Counted from the first letter of the whole stretch, positions 40,655 to 51,751 are shown. The stretch is DNA of 63,570 nucleotides, filler included, from Bdellovibrionota bacterium (GCA_963169515.1; 4 parts of 4 records of this genome joined end to end with filler, not necessarily neighbours in it); one strand, 5' to 3'. Numbers and translations are program-made. Notes: generated by a model from the letters alone, not told the origin.

Positions 40655-42382
40655 ATGGACCAAAACAGTCTTGTAAGCATTCGAAATCTTTCCGTTGAAT
40701 TTCATACCGATGACGGCGTTGTAAACGCGGTTAAAAAAATTTCTTTCGATATCCCAAAAGGGAAGACCGTTGGCCTTGTGGGCGAATCTGGGTCAGGTAA
40801 ATCAGTAACGTCACTCGCATTGATGCGCTTAGTTGCATCCCCGCCTGGAAAAATATCAAGCGGTGAAATGTTATTTGAAGGAAAGGACCTCTTAAAACTT
40901 TCTGAGTCTGAAATGAGAAAGGTTCGTGGAAAAAAAATTTCAATGATTTTTCAAGAACCTATGACGTCGCTCAACCCCGTATTTACCGTTGGTGATCAAA
41001 TTGCTGAAACTTTGATTCTCCATGAAAAGTTAAGCAAAAAAGACGCCTTTGAAAAGGCTATGTCGCTGATGAATCAAGTTGGAATCCCAAACCCTGCACA
41101 AAGAATAAAATCCTACCCGCACGAACTGTCTGGGGGGCAAAGACAGCGAATCATGATTGCAATGGCAATAGCGTGCAATCCACAGCTTTTAATTTGTGAC
41201 GAGCCGACAACCGCCCTTGACGTTACAATTCAAAAACAAATCTTGGAGCTTTTAGCCCAGCTGCAAGAAAAATATAAAATGAGTATGCTGTTCATCACTC
41301 ACGATTTGGGCGTAATTGCTGATATCGCCGACGAAGTGGCTGTTATGTATCGTGGAAATATTGTTGAGTGGGGCCCTGTAGAAAATATTTTTGTGAAACC
41401 ACAGCATCCATACACAAAAGGGCTCCTTGCCTGCCGTCCCTCTCTAAAATCAAAATCCGCACGGCTTCCAACAGTTAGCGACTTTATGAGCGAAGACGGA
41501 AAGGAAAAGGTCTTCGACATAAGGGCTCTTGGTGAAAAAAAAGTACGCGCTGTCACTGATAAAAATCCAGTTATACTGGAACTGAACAATGTCAAAAAGC
41601 ACTTTCCAATTCGTGGAGGGGTCTTCGGCGGCGTTAAAAACTGGGTCAAAGCTGTGGATGGTGTTTCTTTGAAAGTTCACAAGGGCCGAACCTTGGGGCT
41701 TGTTGGCGAGTCAGGCTGTGGAAAGTCCACCCTGGGTCGTACAATTTTAAGGCTGATCGAACCAACCGCTGGCGAAATAAAATATGACAAAATAAATATC
41801 CCAGATCTTGGGGGCAACGACCTGCGAAAAATGAGACGGCGGATGCAGATTATTTTTCAAGACCCATACGCATCTTTAAATCCCCGTATGACTGTTGGAA
41901 ACGCGCTGATGGAACCGATGGTTATACACGATTTGTACCAAACCAAAGAACAACGCATGGATCGAGCTGCGCAGCTGATGGATAAAGTTGGACTCGATAG
42001 GAAATATTTAAACCGCTATCCACACGAGTTTTCGGGCGGACAACGTCAACGGATTTGCATTGCGCGTGCGCTTGCCGTTGAACCTGAGTTTATCATCTGC
42101 GACGAGTCCGTTTCCGCACTCGACGTTTCGATTCAAGCGCAAATCCTGAACCTGCTACTCGACCTTCAGAAAGAAATGAATTTAACCTACATCTTTATTT
42201 CACATGATCTTGCAGTCATAAAATTTATTGCCGACGAGGTCGCTGTTATGTACAACGGCCATGTTGTCGAAAAAGCGGATGCGGTTTCCATCTATGAAAA
42301 TCCTCAGCATGACTATACGAAAAAACTTTTGAACGCAATTCCGCGTGGGGTTCCAAAGCACTTGGGGAACCTAAATGTTTAA
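40655..42382 (+). CDS. Fused dual-ATPase subunit of a dipeptide/oligopeptide ABC transporter
   Basis: Two GESGxGKS Walker A motifs, two YPHExSGGQRQR, HPYT. Confidence 0.93.
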   Translation: MDQNSLVSIRNLSVEFHTDDGVVNAVKKISFDIPKGKTVGLVGESGSGKSVTSLALMRLVASPPGKISSGEMLFEGKDLLKLSESEMRKVRGKKISMIFQEPMTSLNPVFTVGDQIAETLILHEKLSKKDAFEKAMSLMNQVGIPNPAQRIKSYPHELSGGQRQRIMIAMAIACNPQLLICDEPTTALDVTIQKQILELLAQLQEKYKMSMLFITHDLGVIADIADEVAVMYRGNIVEWGPVENIFVKPQHPYTKGLLACRPSLKSKSARLPTVSDFMSEDGKEKVFDIRALGEKKVRAVTDKNPVILELNNVKKHFPIRGGVFGGVKNWVKAVDGVSLKVHKGRTLGLVGESGCGKSTLGRTILRLIEPTAGEIKYDKINIPDLGGNDLRKMRRRMQIIFQDPYASLNPRMTVGNALMEPMVIHDLYQTKEQRMDRAAQLMDKVGLDRKYLNRYPHEFSGGQRQRICIARALAVEPEFIICDESVSALDVSIQAQILNLLLDLQKEMNLTYIFISHDLAVIKFIADEVAVMYNGHVVEKADAVSIYENPQHDYTKKLLNAIPRGVPKHLGNLNV

Positions 42383-43064
42383 AAGAATTATATCAATTAT
42401 ATTATTGCTGACTGCGATTGGATGCTCCCCTAAAAAAAATGTAAATTCTTGCGAACGCGGCTTAAATGTTGAAAGTCTTTTCAACAGCCTTCGCAATTTG
42501 CCGAATACGTATACTTTACGTGAGGTAACTCAAGATTATGTTTATAGCGAAACAAATGGTGAGCCGTCCTATCTTCCACGAAATATTATTGTGCAAGACT
42601 CAGCTCAAAAATTTTTGAGAAACAGCTGGATTGGTCGTCAAACATTTGTCCAAGACTGCAAATCAAACACATTTTATACCGATGGAATTCCATGGACAAT
42701 CGGGGGGGCAACACCTGAGGAACTTCAGCTTTCCACAGATAAAAATGCAAATGTAAAAATGGTGTTTCAAAAATTAACTGAGAATTCATTCCTTATTACC
42801 CAGACTTCGCGCTCTGATACACTAAATGTTTTTGAACAAAAAACACTTTTCCGCTGGGGCCTTGAGCTTCAAAACAGCGAGGATATCGATTCAGACTTTA
42901 TTTTAGGGCTTTACGAAGAAGGTCTTATCATTCCACATAATATTATTGATCAGCTCAAAAAAAATCCAGAGGTTGTCCCTGTCCATGTGGATGATCTGAT
43001 AGATTTACAAAAACAGATAAAATTAAGGCAAAAACGAAAACATTCATTTTTTGGCCGGATGTAA
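42375..43064 (+). CDS. Hypothetical lipoprotein
   Basis: AIGC lipobox; overlaps ABC gene end. Confidence 0.65.
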   Translation: MFKRIISIILLLTAIGCSPKKNVNSCERGLNVESLFNSLRNLPNTYTLREVTQDYVYSETNGEPSYLPRNIIVQDSAQKFLRNSWIGRQTFVQDCKSNTFYTDGIPWTIGGATPEELQLSTDKNANVKMVFQKLTENSFLITQTSRSDTLNVFEQKTLFRWGLELQNSEDIDSDFILGLYEEGLIIPHNIIDQLKKNPEVVPVHVDDLIDLQKQIKLRQKRKHSFFGRM

Positions 43065-43547
43065 TTCCATAAGGGTATTTACCGCTTTTTTAATCTGGTC
43101 CACTTCAAATGGCTTCTTGATATAATCGTCAGCGCCGACACCAAAACCACGTTTAATATCCAGCTCACTTGTTTTAGCAGAAACAAAAATTAACGGAATT
43201 TTTTTTAAGTCTTCATGTTCTTTCAAAAGCTTGGCAAGTTCGAATCCATTGATCCATGGCAATCCCACGTCTAAAATAATCAAATCAATCGGGTCATCAT
43301 CCAAAACCTCTGATAATTGAGTCCCGTCTGCTGCTGTAATAACTTTGTACCCTTCGGATTCAAAAATACGCCTCATGGCTGCGCGAATGGTCTCGTCGTC
43401 ATCTATAATCAAAATAGATCGCAATTGATCACGCTTTCGAAGTGAACGAAAATCATCCAATGACACAACTTCTTGTTCCGCCATTTTTGCGCGCGTGATT
43501 TTTTCAATCTTATCTATTAAGGACCGCGTATTTATTTTTTTTGGCAT
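43044..43547 (-). CDS. Single-domain response regulator with N-terminal extension
   Basis: IIDDD, LDVGLP, FVSAK, DDYIKKPF. Confidence 0.9.
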   Translation of the reverse strand: MPKKINTRSLIDKIEKITRAKMAEQEVVSLDDFRSLRKRDQLRSILIIDDDETIRAAMRRIFESEGYKVITAADGTQLSEVLDDDPIDLIILDVGLPWINGFELAKLLKEHEDLKKIPLIFVSAKTSELDIKRGFGVGADDYIKKPFEVDQIKKAVNTLMELHPAKK

Positions 43548-43614
43548 CGGTCCTTATTGTACCGAAAGCTTTATGAAAAGCGCAATCGTCTAAATTTCAG
43601 TTTATCCCACTGTT

Positions 43615-44556
43615 TTAGCGCTTTAAGTGCTGTTTTTCTAGCCAGCGCTCTGCATCGATTGCCGCCATACAGCCTGTGCCGGCCGCAGTAACCGCCTGAC
43701 GATATGTTGGGTCTTGCACGTCTCCACATGCAAAAACGCCATCGACAGAAGTATAGGTGGTGCCTGGCTTTGTAATAATATAGCCAACATTGTTTAATTC
43801 AAGTTGGCCTGCAAATATATCTGTGTTTGGCTTGTGGCCAATGGCTACAAAAAGCCCGTCCACCTTAAGATCAGTTGTGGAGTTTTCAACAATGTTACGA
43901 ACTTTAAGCGATTTCACAAGCTTTTCACCTTGGACCTCGACGACTTCCGAATTCCAAATCACGCTGATCTTTGGGTGGCTCAAAACTTTGTCTGCCATAA
44001 TTTTTGACGCTCGAAATTCATCCCGGCGATGGATTACATACACTTTTGTTGCAAAGCGAGTTAGGAACAATGCCTCTTCCATCGCGGTATCACCCCCGCC
44101 CACAACGGCAACCTCTACATTCCTAAAAAACGCGCCATCGCAAGTTGCACACGCAGAGACACCTTTGCCCATATATTTTTTTTCAGACGGGATGCCCAAG
44201 TACTTCGCTGTTGCGCCGGTAGAGATAATAACAGTATTCGCAAGATAGACTTCATCTCCCGCCATGACTTTGAACGGACGCTTGGAAAAGTCTACTTTTG
44301 TTACTGTCTTTGGAATCATTCGCGTTCCAAACCGCTCGGCTTGTTTTTTAAAAACTTCCATCATTTCAGGACCCAGAATCCCTTCTGCAAAGCCCGGATA
44401 GTTCTCCACGTCCGTTGTTGTCATTAACTGTCCTCCCGGCTGGTCACCTTCAAACATCAATGGCTTTAAAAGTGCACGGGAACTATAAATTCCTGCTGTA
44501 TAACCGGCCGGTCCGGATCCAACGATAACTACATTTTCAACATTCATATCTGACAT
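43615..44556 (-). CDS. trxB: Thioredoxin reductase
   Basis: GSGPAG, CATCDG, GGGDTA, YRQAVTAAG; start after GGAG. Confidence 0.97.
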   Translation of the reverse strand: MSDMNVENVVIVGSGPAGYTAGIYSSRALLKPLMFEGDQPGGQLMTTTDVENYPGFAEGILGPEMMEVFKKQAERFGTRMIPKTVTKVDFSKRPFKVMAGDEVYLANTVIISTGATAKYLGIPSEKKYMGKGVSACATCDGAFFRNVEVAVVGGGDTAMEEALFLTRFATKVYVIHRRDEFRASKIMADKVLSHPKISVIWNSEVVEVQGEKLVKSLKVRNIVENSTTDLKVDGLFVAIGHKPNTDIFAGQLELNNVGYIITKPGTTYTSVDGVFACGDVQDPTYRQAVTAAGTGCMAAIDAERWLEKQHLKR

Positions 44557-44557
44557 T

Positions 44558-45238
44558 TTATTCTCCATTGTACGTATTGTGAAACTTACCACTTGGGGGT
44601 TCAAAAATCCACCTCACCATGTGTTGCGCAACAACTGTGGGGTCGCACACCTGCCCTGATTCGCGTGGCCAAGCATTTTTCGGTAACAAATTCGTGTCCA
44701 TATACGGTGGACTGTAGAGCCTCAGATCGACCCCCGGACTTTCAGCATTCACCGAATACACAAGCCCTCGAAGCGCGTGCTTGGCCGCGCTGTAGCTGGA
44801 AGCATTCGGGTCTGCCTTATTTTCCGCAACGCTTGAGCCAGTAAAGACTATCTGTTTTAAACTCTGAAGTTTTTCTGAACCTAGCGCAAAATGAAGCAAT
44901 CGCGCAGAAAATAAAAATGTAACTTCGAAGGCCCATGCGTGGTCCTTCCACTCTTTTTCTGAAAAACGACCAAACGGCCCTCCTCCAATCAAATTAATTA
45001 TTCGATCAGGCTTGAAATCCTCGATCATTTCAAAAAGGCGCTTTTGATCTTCGGATTTAAAGACATCACAGGCGACAATGTCGGTCTGCACATCAGCCTT
45101 AGCAAGCTTTGCAGCACAAGAGTTCAAGCGGATTTCATTACGACCAACGATAAGCAAATAAGGATGGTGTTTTGCAAGCTCCTCAACGACACTCGCGCCA
45201 AGTCCCTTGCTCGCGCCTAAAACCAATATTTTTTCCAT
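44558..45238 (-). CDS. Short-chain dehydrogenase/reductase
   Basis: GASKGLG, YSAAK. Confidence 0.88.
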   Translation of the reverse strand: MEKILVLGASKGLGASVVEELAKHHPYLLIVGRNEIRLNSCAAKLAKADVQTDIVACDVFKSEDQKRLFEMIEDFKPDRIINLIGGGPFGRFSEKEWKDHAWAFEVTFLFSARLLHFALGSEKLQSLKQIVFTGSSVAENKADPNASSYSAAKHALRGLVYSVNAESPGVDLRLYSPPYMDTNLLPKNAWPRESGQVCDPTVVAQHMVRWIFEPPSGKFHNTYNGE

Positions 45239-45317
45239 TTGCGTATATATAGCCCATTGATTATATTTACTCAAAGTTCATTTACCGAGAGTCATAAGTC
45301 AGCGAAAGTATTGATCT

Positions 45318-45605
45318 ATGCCGAAGATTAGCTTTGAAAGAAACCAAAATTCAATCGAGGTCCCGAAGGACTCGAATTTGATGGACATCTTGATGGAGTC
45401 AGGGATTCCAGTCGCTAGCTCTTGTGGGGGGCAAGCCGTCTGTACCAAGTGTTTGGTAAAGGTAATTGAAGGCAAAGAGAATTTATCCCCGGAAACGCCA
45501 GATGAAGCGGATATGAGAGACATCCATGAGTGGAGCAGAGACGAACGATTAAGCTGCCAATGCACGGTTCAAGGCGACATCAAAATCGACGCCAGTTACT
45601 GGTGA
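45318..45605 (+). CDS. 2Fe-2S ferredoxin
   Basis: CGGQAVCTKC...RLSCQ. Confidence 0.92.
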   Translation: MPKISFERNQNSIEVPKDSNLMDILMESGIPVASSCGGQAVCTKCLVKVIEGKENLSPETPDEADMRDIHEWSRDERLSCQCTVQGDIKIDASYW

Positions 45606-45706
45606 TCCGATATTCGGACCATTCACCCCCCCCAAATTCAATATATGTAAAATTAACGGGCCCTCGTTGTTTGCAGCTTAATCATTTCTTTGCGAAAGGA
45701 TCAGAT

Positions 45707-46723
45707 ATGAAAAATCTTGTATTGGCTTTAACACTAATGCTTACGGGGTGTGGAAAAAATCAGCAGTCGACAGCTTCGACTTGGAAAGCCCCTCGCTTTA
45801 GAATTCTTCATAACGGGATTCCGCTTACGGCGAATCAGGCAAATCTCGAGGATGTATTTTCATTTGAAAGTGATCAAGACTTTTCCGGCACAGTAATATC
45901 AACTTGTGGGGACATTAGTTATGAAAAACAATTTGCGTTGAAAGAACTGGCGGTTTGGGATGCCGTTCCCCCAGATATCTTAAAAAAGGCGGGTTCCGGT
46001 CAGTCTGAATGCACATTCAAATTTGTTCTCGAATCAAATGGAAATAAAAAAATCTATTTTGTTAGAAATAAAAGAATTTCTTTGGAATTGAATAATATTT
46101 CTATAAAAATCTCTAGCGACATCGACCTTTTACGCGCACAAAAACAGGACCTTAATATATTTAGTGCGGAAATTAAGAATCCGTATCCCATAACAGTTAC
46201 CGTAGGCATCGTTACAGATCTTGGGACATTTAACTATCGAATGCTTGCATTTGGCCAAAATTACTTCGATTATTATTTTTATCCGGAAACGGCTTCAAAA
46301 CCAATCCGGTTGAAAATCATCAATGACGACTATCGAATTTATAAAATAAATTCGAATACACTGGTCGAAATCCCTCCCCAGGGAACCCTTCATCTTTCAT
46401 ATTTTTCGTCAGTTGATTTGCCCAATGAAATGCTTTATGCAACATCTGTCGTGATAGTTAATTATCGGTTTGCGGCCGGATTGGATTATTCATTCTCTAA
46501 AGAAAATCCACCACTCGTTTATCTTCTTAAGCAAACTCAAAATGGCGTTGCGCCCAGCAAGTTTTTGGGCGGCGAAATCGCAGGTATAAAAAACATCGGC
46601 CTGGGTCGCCTGTCTCGCTTTACCCCATTTAATGACGGTGCATATATTCAAATGAATTTGGAGTTATCTCGAATGACAAAAGCAGTTTTATGGAACGGAA
46701 AAGTACCTATTCCAAAACAATAA
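45707..46723 (+). CDS. Hypothetical lipoprotein
   Basis: MKNLVLALTLMLTGC lipobox after AAGGA. Confidence 0.7.
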   Translation: MKNLVLALTLMLTGCGKNQQSTASTWKAPRFRILHNGIPLTANQANLEDVFSFESDQDFSGTVISTCGDISYEKQFALKELAVWDAVPPDILKKAGSGQSECTFKFVLESNGNKKIYFVRNKRISLELNNISIKISSDIDLLRAQKQDLNIFSAEIKNPYPITVTVGIVTDLGTFNYRMLAFGQNYFDYYFYPETASKPIRLKIINDDYRIYKINSNTLVEIPPQGTLHLSYFSSVDLPNEMLYATSVVIVNYRFAAGLDYSFSKENPPLVYLLKQTQNGVAPSKFLGGEIAGIKNIGLGRLSRFTPFNDGAYIQMNLELSRMTKAVLWNGKVPIPKQ

Positions 46724-46725
46724 AT

Positions 46726-47409
46726 TTATTTTTCTAAACGAATAAGATGGGTCTTTAAACCTTTGCTTGTCCAAAGCTTTTCAAAATGGGTCATAAAATT
46801 GTTCATGCCCCATTCCGAAGCGTGAAGGTCGCGCGTTAGCCTTGAAATTTTATATGGTGATTTTTTAAATCTTTCTAGCGCCCAATCGAAATACTCTGCG
46901 CTGTCAGTTTTAAACTCAAGGAACGAATCCGGTCTTTGAAGGTCATAAAGCGCGTGCAGAAAGCTCATCTGAATTAATCTGTTTTTGGCGTGCTTTTTCT
47001 TTGGCCACGGATCTGGGAAATAAATGTACACGTTGTCCAATTCCGCCGTCGCAAAGATTTCATCGATTTGTGAGGCGTGGAATCGAGCCATTCTAGCGTT
47101 TGTGGCTCCCTGTGAAACGGCCCTTCGAATAGATTGAACAAGGGTCTTATAGGTAATTTCCAAGCCCACCAAACAGCGTTCCGGCGCGACTGTCGCCCGA
47201 TGGGCGTAAAAAAAACCATTTCCTGTCCCAATTTCAAGGTCGAGTGGAGTTTCGCTTGAGACATCGAACGCCTGTCTTCGCCAATTGCCCCTAAGCTCTC
47301 GTGCGGCCTCCTGATCATAAGTCCATTTTGCGTAATCGTTTTGGAGCATTTGAACATATTGCGTGGGACGGGGGAGCGATTTTGTCGATATAAGCTTCGA
47401 GTGCAACAT
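46726..47409 (-). CDS. trmB: tRNA (guanine-N7)-methyltransferase
   Basis: LEIGTGNG, FPDPWPKKKH, KTD, THFE. Confidence 0.95.
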   Translation of the reverse strand: MLHSKLISTKSLPRPTQYVQMLQNDYAKWTYDQEAARELRGNWRRQAFDVSSETPLDLEIGTGNGFFYAHRATVAPERCLVGLEITYKTLVQSIRRAVSQGATNARMARFHASQIDEIFATAELDNVYIYFPDPWPKKKHAKNRLIQMSFLHALYDLQRPDSFLEFKTDSAEYFDWALERFKKSPYKISRLTRDLHASEWGMNNFMTHFEKLWTSKGLKTHLIRLEK

Positions 47410-47531
47410 AGTGTCCGTCGTGTATCAAAGAACGCTTGAAATTGTTACAGTTTTATTATGTTTTTTGACTAAAAGTTGCGAAAAAACTGTATTTCGGACA
47501 ATATCGCAAACGAATATTCGGGGAGAAATAT

Positions 47532-47933
47532 ATGAACTCAGATATAAAACCTATAGTTGATCAAATCAAAAATAAACTTTCTGAAGCCAACGTCGAACAA
47601 TTAAAACAACAAGTTTCCCAAAGCGTCGAAATCGGGCGGCAAATCGTAACCGCAAAGGCCTTAGATCTTTTAAAACAATCTAAAAATAGCAAGGTTGTAA
47701 ATGAGGTCGTAATTCCTTGGCTTGAATCTGACCAGGCTCAAAAAGCTATTGATACGATGAATGACAAACTCAAATTAAAAGACAGCCCAATTATGACCAA
47801 ACTTTTAAAACTGCGCGAGGACCTTATCAGCGCCAAGGTGAGCCAGGCACGTCCTGTCGAGGAACCTGCCGAGGCCACACCATCTGAAACAGTTCCCACG
47901 GAAGCAGCTACCACCGAAGAGCAAAAAAATTAA
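47532..47933 (+). CDS. Hypothetical helical protein
   Basis: GGGGAG SD; amphipathic helices, acidic Pro/Thr tail. Confidence 0.7.
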   Translation: MNSDIKPIVDQIKNKLSEANVEQLKQQVSQSVEIGRQIVTAKALDLLKQSKNSKVVNEVVIPWLESDQAQKAIDTMNDKLKLKDSPIMTKLLKLREDLISAKVSQARPVEEPAEATPSETVPTEAATTEEQKN

Positions 47934-47949
47934 TTCGCAATACTTTGGC

Positions 47950-48129
47950 TGTGTCTCACTTTAAGACACATTAATTATACACAACGATAGTTGTTAGGCG
48001 CTGGTTTATCTATTTGATTTTAAACATTTTTTTTAAAAACACCGCCAATGCGATTTTAACTGTCTGAACTTATAACAATTGTATATTTGCCTTTAAGTTT
48101 TAGCCGACCTGGAGGGTACCGCCTTTGCT
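47950..48129 (+). promoter_or_regulatory. Putative sigma54 promoter with upstream palindromic enhancer and IHF-like site
   Basis: TGTGTCT-N7-AGACACA (47950-47970), IHF-like site at 48007-48019, GG-TACCGCCTTT-GC (48115-48128). Confidence 0.5.
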
Positions 48130-48155
48130 CTAATTAAAGCTATCGGGGGTAGGTT

Positions 48156-49374
48156 TTGAGACGTTTAATTGCAGCCGGCACTGCGGGCTTATTGTGTGTC
48201 TCTTGTGGTCAAGGCTACAAGGCAAAAAGCTTCTCCCTTGCTTCCACTGTGGCCACTTGCAAATCCAACCCTGAAAAAACTACGCTTGCTGCCGATCCTT
48301 TGTTTTTTACAACTACAAAAATTCACAGCGAGGACTTTTTCCCAGAATCTATTTTTACTCAAAAAAATTTGACTCAAAAAAACATATCTAAAACCTTGTT
48401 CGCCAATAGGGATATTACCCTTGTTCTAGATCGAGAGTGTTATTTGCAGGATGGTCTTAGGAATGACTTTTTTGAAGTTAGCCCAGGGAAAATAAGATCA
48501 AAGGCTGAAATTTTCTCAAAAAGAACTTCTGTAAAGGCAAAATTAAAAAAGAACATTGATCTCTCGGAACTTGAATTTTTACTAGAGAACGAGCCTTGTG
48601 TTGTGGGTCTTGCACCAAATATAAAGCTTCATACAACTGCACCAAACGACGCTCTTTATAGCCAGCAAAGACATCTTTCTGCCATCAACTACAACGCAAA
48701 CTATGACTTTTACTACAACAATTCCTCGGGGATTCGAAATGATATCGTGATCGCAATTATCGACAACGGCACCGACATTGATCATCCCGATTTGGCCCCT
48801 ACCATATGGAAAAACCAAATCGAACTGGCAGGCCGTCCCGGTGTTGATGATGATCGGAACGGATACGTGGACGATTTCAACGGTTGGGATTTTGCTTCCC
48901 AGAATAATAATGTAAAAAATAAATTTGAAGACGACCATGGAACCCACACTGCAGGTCTTGCCGCTGCTGTAGGTAATAATCAGATCGGCGTTTCAGGCGT
49001 AATCGGAAGAAATGTAAAGCTAATGATTCTAAATGTCTTTGGTGAAGTCGATGGCGCCGACATCGAAAATATAGACGAAGCGATTCGTTACGCCGCTGAC
49101 AACGGCGCAAAAGTTATCAACATGAGTATTGGTGGGCTGGGAAGAATTTCTTCTACGGGAGATGCAATTCAATATGCTGTATCTCGTGGCGTAACTGTAT
49201 TTGCTGCCGCTGGAAATGAAAACAAAGAACTCACCTCAACGACATTTTTTACACCGGCTTCTTTTGCGGCGGATATTGACGGAATGATTTCTATTGGCGC
49301 AAGCAATGCTTCCAATAAAAATTCAAAATGTTCATTTTCAAACTACAGTTCTACGTATGTTGAACTCGCCGTGC
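48156..49374 (+). CDS. S8 subtilisin-like serine protease lipoprotein, 3' truncated
   Basis: IAIIDNG, HGTHTAG, AAGNE, Ca-loop DDDRNGYVDD; VSC lipobox. Confidence 0.92.
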
Positions 49375-49474
49375 NNNNNNNNNNNNNNNNNNNNNNNNNN
49401 NNNNNNNNNNNNNNNNNNTTAATTAATTAANNNNNNNNNNNNNNNNNNNNNNNNNNNNNNNNNNNNNNNNNNNN
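49375..49474. other. Artificial contig linker
   Basis: N run with TTAATTAATTAA. Confidence 0.99.
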
Positions 49475-49475
49475 T

Positions 49476-50378
49476 GGCTTTATAATTTCTATCTATGCAA
49501 TTTTTCAACACCTTACGGGAAAAGATTTTATTCGTAGCACAAACCGAGCAGTGACATATTTAGGTGAATATTCTGGGGGACTCAAGTTTTATAGGTCAGC
49601 TGGTTTTTTGAGTTCACCAATGACATTTGGAAATTCTTTTGGCCTGTTTGTTTCCGCTGTTGTGGGGTATTTGCTTTCACGAAGTATATTTCGAAATAAG
49701 CTTCTTGTCAGCGTAGCAATATTGGGTGGAATGGCTTTGTATGCAACATATACGCGGGGAGTTTGGTTTTCTTTTGTATGTTGCATATTAATAGCTGTGA
49801 TTATGCTTTTCCCTAAAAGAAAGGCGGCTTTATTGTCGGGGGCCGCTAGCGCTTTCGGCGTTCTAATATTTATTTTCTCTGCGGCTTTTCGGATGCGTAT
49901 ACTCGAGGTATTTGATTTCAACTACGCTAGCTTGATAAATAGACTTAATTTGTGGTCCGCCAATATAGCAATGTTTAAGGACTTCCCCTTGTTGGGAGTT
50001 GGATATGGTAAAAACGAAGACCTCGCGTTGACATATCTTGATCGATTAGCAATTAATACCCGTTTTACTGGCCATGCTCACAATACATTTATTCAGTTTT
50101 TATCGGGAACAGGTTTGGTCGGAACAGTTATTTATACTGCCATTTCGGTATTATTGCTTGTTGAGAACTATAAGCTTATGCGAGGGGGTGAACCCCATTC
50201 TCCGCGCACGGCGCTTTTTTTTGGGTTATTTATCGCTCAAATATTTCTTCATCTTAGCGGACTTACAGAGTGTAGCTTTAAAGACGCTGAAGTGACACAT
50301 TTTGCAGTTGTCATTTTTGCTTTGATTTTAGCGTCTAGATTAAAAAACAATCTAAGGCCAGCGTGTTGCGCCGCATAA
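49476..50378 (+). CDS. O-antigen ligase (WaaL/Wzy_C) family protein, 5' truncated
   Basis: Frame open from contig start; TYTRGVW, RLNLW, PLLGVG, HAHNTFIQ. Confidence 0.85.
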   Translation, partial: GFIISIYAIFQHLTGKDFIRSTNRAVTYLGEYSGGLKFYRSAGFLSSPMTFGNSFGLFVSAVVGYLLSRSIFRNKLLVSVAILGGMALYATYTRGVWFSFVCCILIAVIMLFPKRKAALLSGAASAFGVLIFIFSAAFRMRILEVFDFNYASLINRLNLWSANIAMFKDFPLLGVGYGKNEDLALTYLDRLAINTRFTGHAHNTFIQFLSGTGLVGTVIYTAISVLLLVENYKLMRGGEPHSPRTALFFGLFIAQIFLHLSGLTECSFKDAEVTHFAVVIFALILASRLKNNLRPACCAA

Positions 50379-50439
50379 CTATTGCAAACTGCTGTCCTGA
50401 CACTCTAAATGGAGTGAGGAATTCTTTTTTCTGGGGATA

Positions 50440-51744
50440 ATGATGAAGCAAGTTTATGTGGCTTTGAGTGCAGATTTTATTCACGTTGGGCATTTAAATA
50501 TTTTGGACAAAGCGCGAGGGCTAGGAGAAGTCACGGTTGGTGCGCTTACAGATTCTGCTATTGCAACCTATAAACGTCTACCCCTCTTAACCCTTGAACA
50601 ACGAATGCTCATTTACTCCAATTTGAAAGGGGTTAAAAGCGCGATCCCACAAACCACGTTAGACTATACAGAGAATTTAGAAAAACTAAGGCCAGACTAC
50701 GTAGTGCATGGTGACGATTGGAAGTCTGGCCCGCAAAGTGAGATTCGCCAAAAAGTAATTGCAACACTGTCCAAATGGGATGGCCAGTTGATAGAAGTTC
50801 CGTACTCAACGGGAATCTCAGCATCCCAATTGTCAGCGCAAATCCGCAGCCATGGCGTAACGCCACAAAACAGACAATCAATGCTTCGTCGATTATTGAG
50901 CGCAAAACCAATAGTAAGAATTTTAGAGGTTCATAACGGCCTGACAGGCTTAATTGTTGAAAACACCATTTTAGAAAAAAATGGTGATCGCCTAGAGTTT
51001 GACGGTATGTGGGAGAGCAGCTTGACAGACTCAACGTCAAAGGGAAAGCCGGACACGTCTGCAGTTGATGTGTCTTCGCGAGTTTCAACAATTGACCAGA
51101 TTTTAGAAGTAACTACAAAGCCCATGATTGTGGATGGGGATAATGGCGGTCTTCCGGAACACTTTTGTTTTACCGTCCGTACTTTAGAACGCCTTGGCGT
51201 TTCTGCGGTAATTATTGAAGATAAGGTTGGGGCTAAAAAAAATTCTTTGTTTGGTACAGACGTCGATCAGACTCAAGACTCGATAGAAGAGTTTTCTGAT
51301 AAAATTTCAATGGGCAAAAAGGCCCAGGTAACAAAAGATTTTATGATTATTGCCCGTATTGAAAGTCTAATTTTGGGTAAAGGACAACGAGATGCAATTA
51401 AACGAGCTGAAAGTTACATTAACGCTGGTGCAGATGGAATAATGATCCACAGCTCTTCAAAAGACCCCAAAGAAGTTTTAGATTTTTGTGCTGAATATAA
51501 AGAAAAATTTTCAGGTGTACCGCTTGTTGTCGTGCCGTCGACCTATGCCCAGGTTACAGAGAAAGAATTGATAGAAGCCGGAGTCAAGATTGTTATTTAT
51601 GCAAATCATCTTATTAGGAGCGCTTTCCCGGCAATGACAAAAACCGCCGAATCTATATTGGAGCATGGTCGATGTTTAGAGGCTGGCGCAGCCTGCATGC
51701 CAATTAAACAAATTATAACTTTAATTCCAGAAACATTTCAATGA
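50440..51744 (+). CDS. pepM: Phosphoenolpyruvate mutase with N-terminal cytidylyltransferase domain
   Basis: HVGH CyTase motif, VHGDDW; PepM signature [19 protein letters not shown]. Confidence 0.95.
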   Translation: MMKQVYVALSADFIHVGHLNILDKARGLGEVTVGALTDSAIATYKRLPLLTLEQRMLIYSNLKGVKSAIPQTTLDYTENLEKLRPDYVVHGDDWKSGPQSEIRQKVIATLSKWDGQLIEVPYSTGISASQLSAQIRSHGVTPQNRQSMLRRLLSAKPIVRILEVHNGLTGLIVENTILEKNGDRLEFDGMWESSLTDSTSKGKPDTSAVDVSSRVSTIDQILEVTTKPMIVDGDNGGLPEHFCFTVRTLERLGVSAVIIEDKVGAKKNSLFGTDVDQTQDSIEEFSDKISMGKKAQVTKDFMIIARIESLILGKGQRDAIKRAESYINAGADGIMIHSSSKDPKEVLDFCAEYKEKFSGVPLVVVPSTYAQVTEKELIEAGVKIVIYANHLIRSAFPAMTKTAESILEHGRCLEAGAACMPIKQIITLIPETFQ

Positions 51745-51751
51745 GGCTGAA

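Noticed and set aside
45530..45706. N-terminal extension of the 397-aa ORF
   Set aside because: Overlaps the ferredoxin gene; SD and lipoprotein signal place the start at 45707
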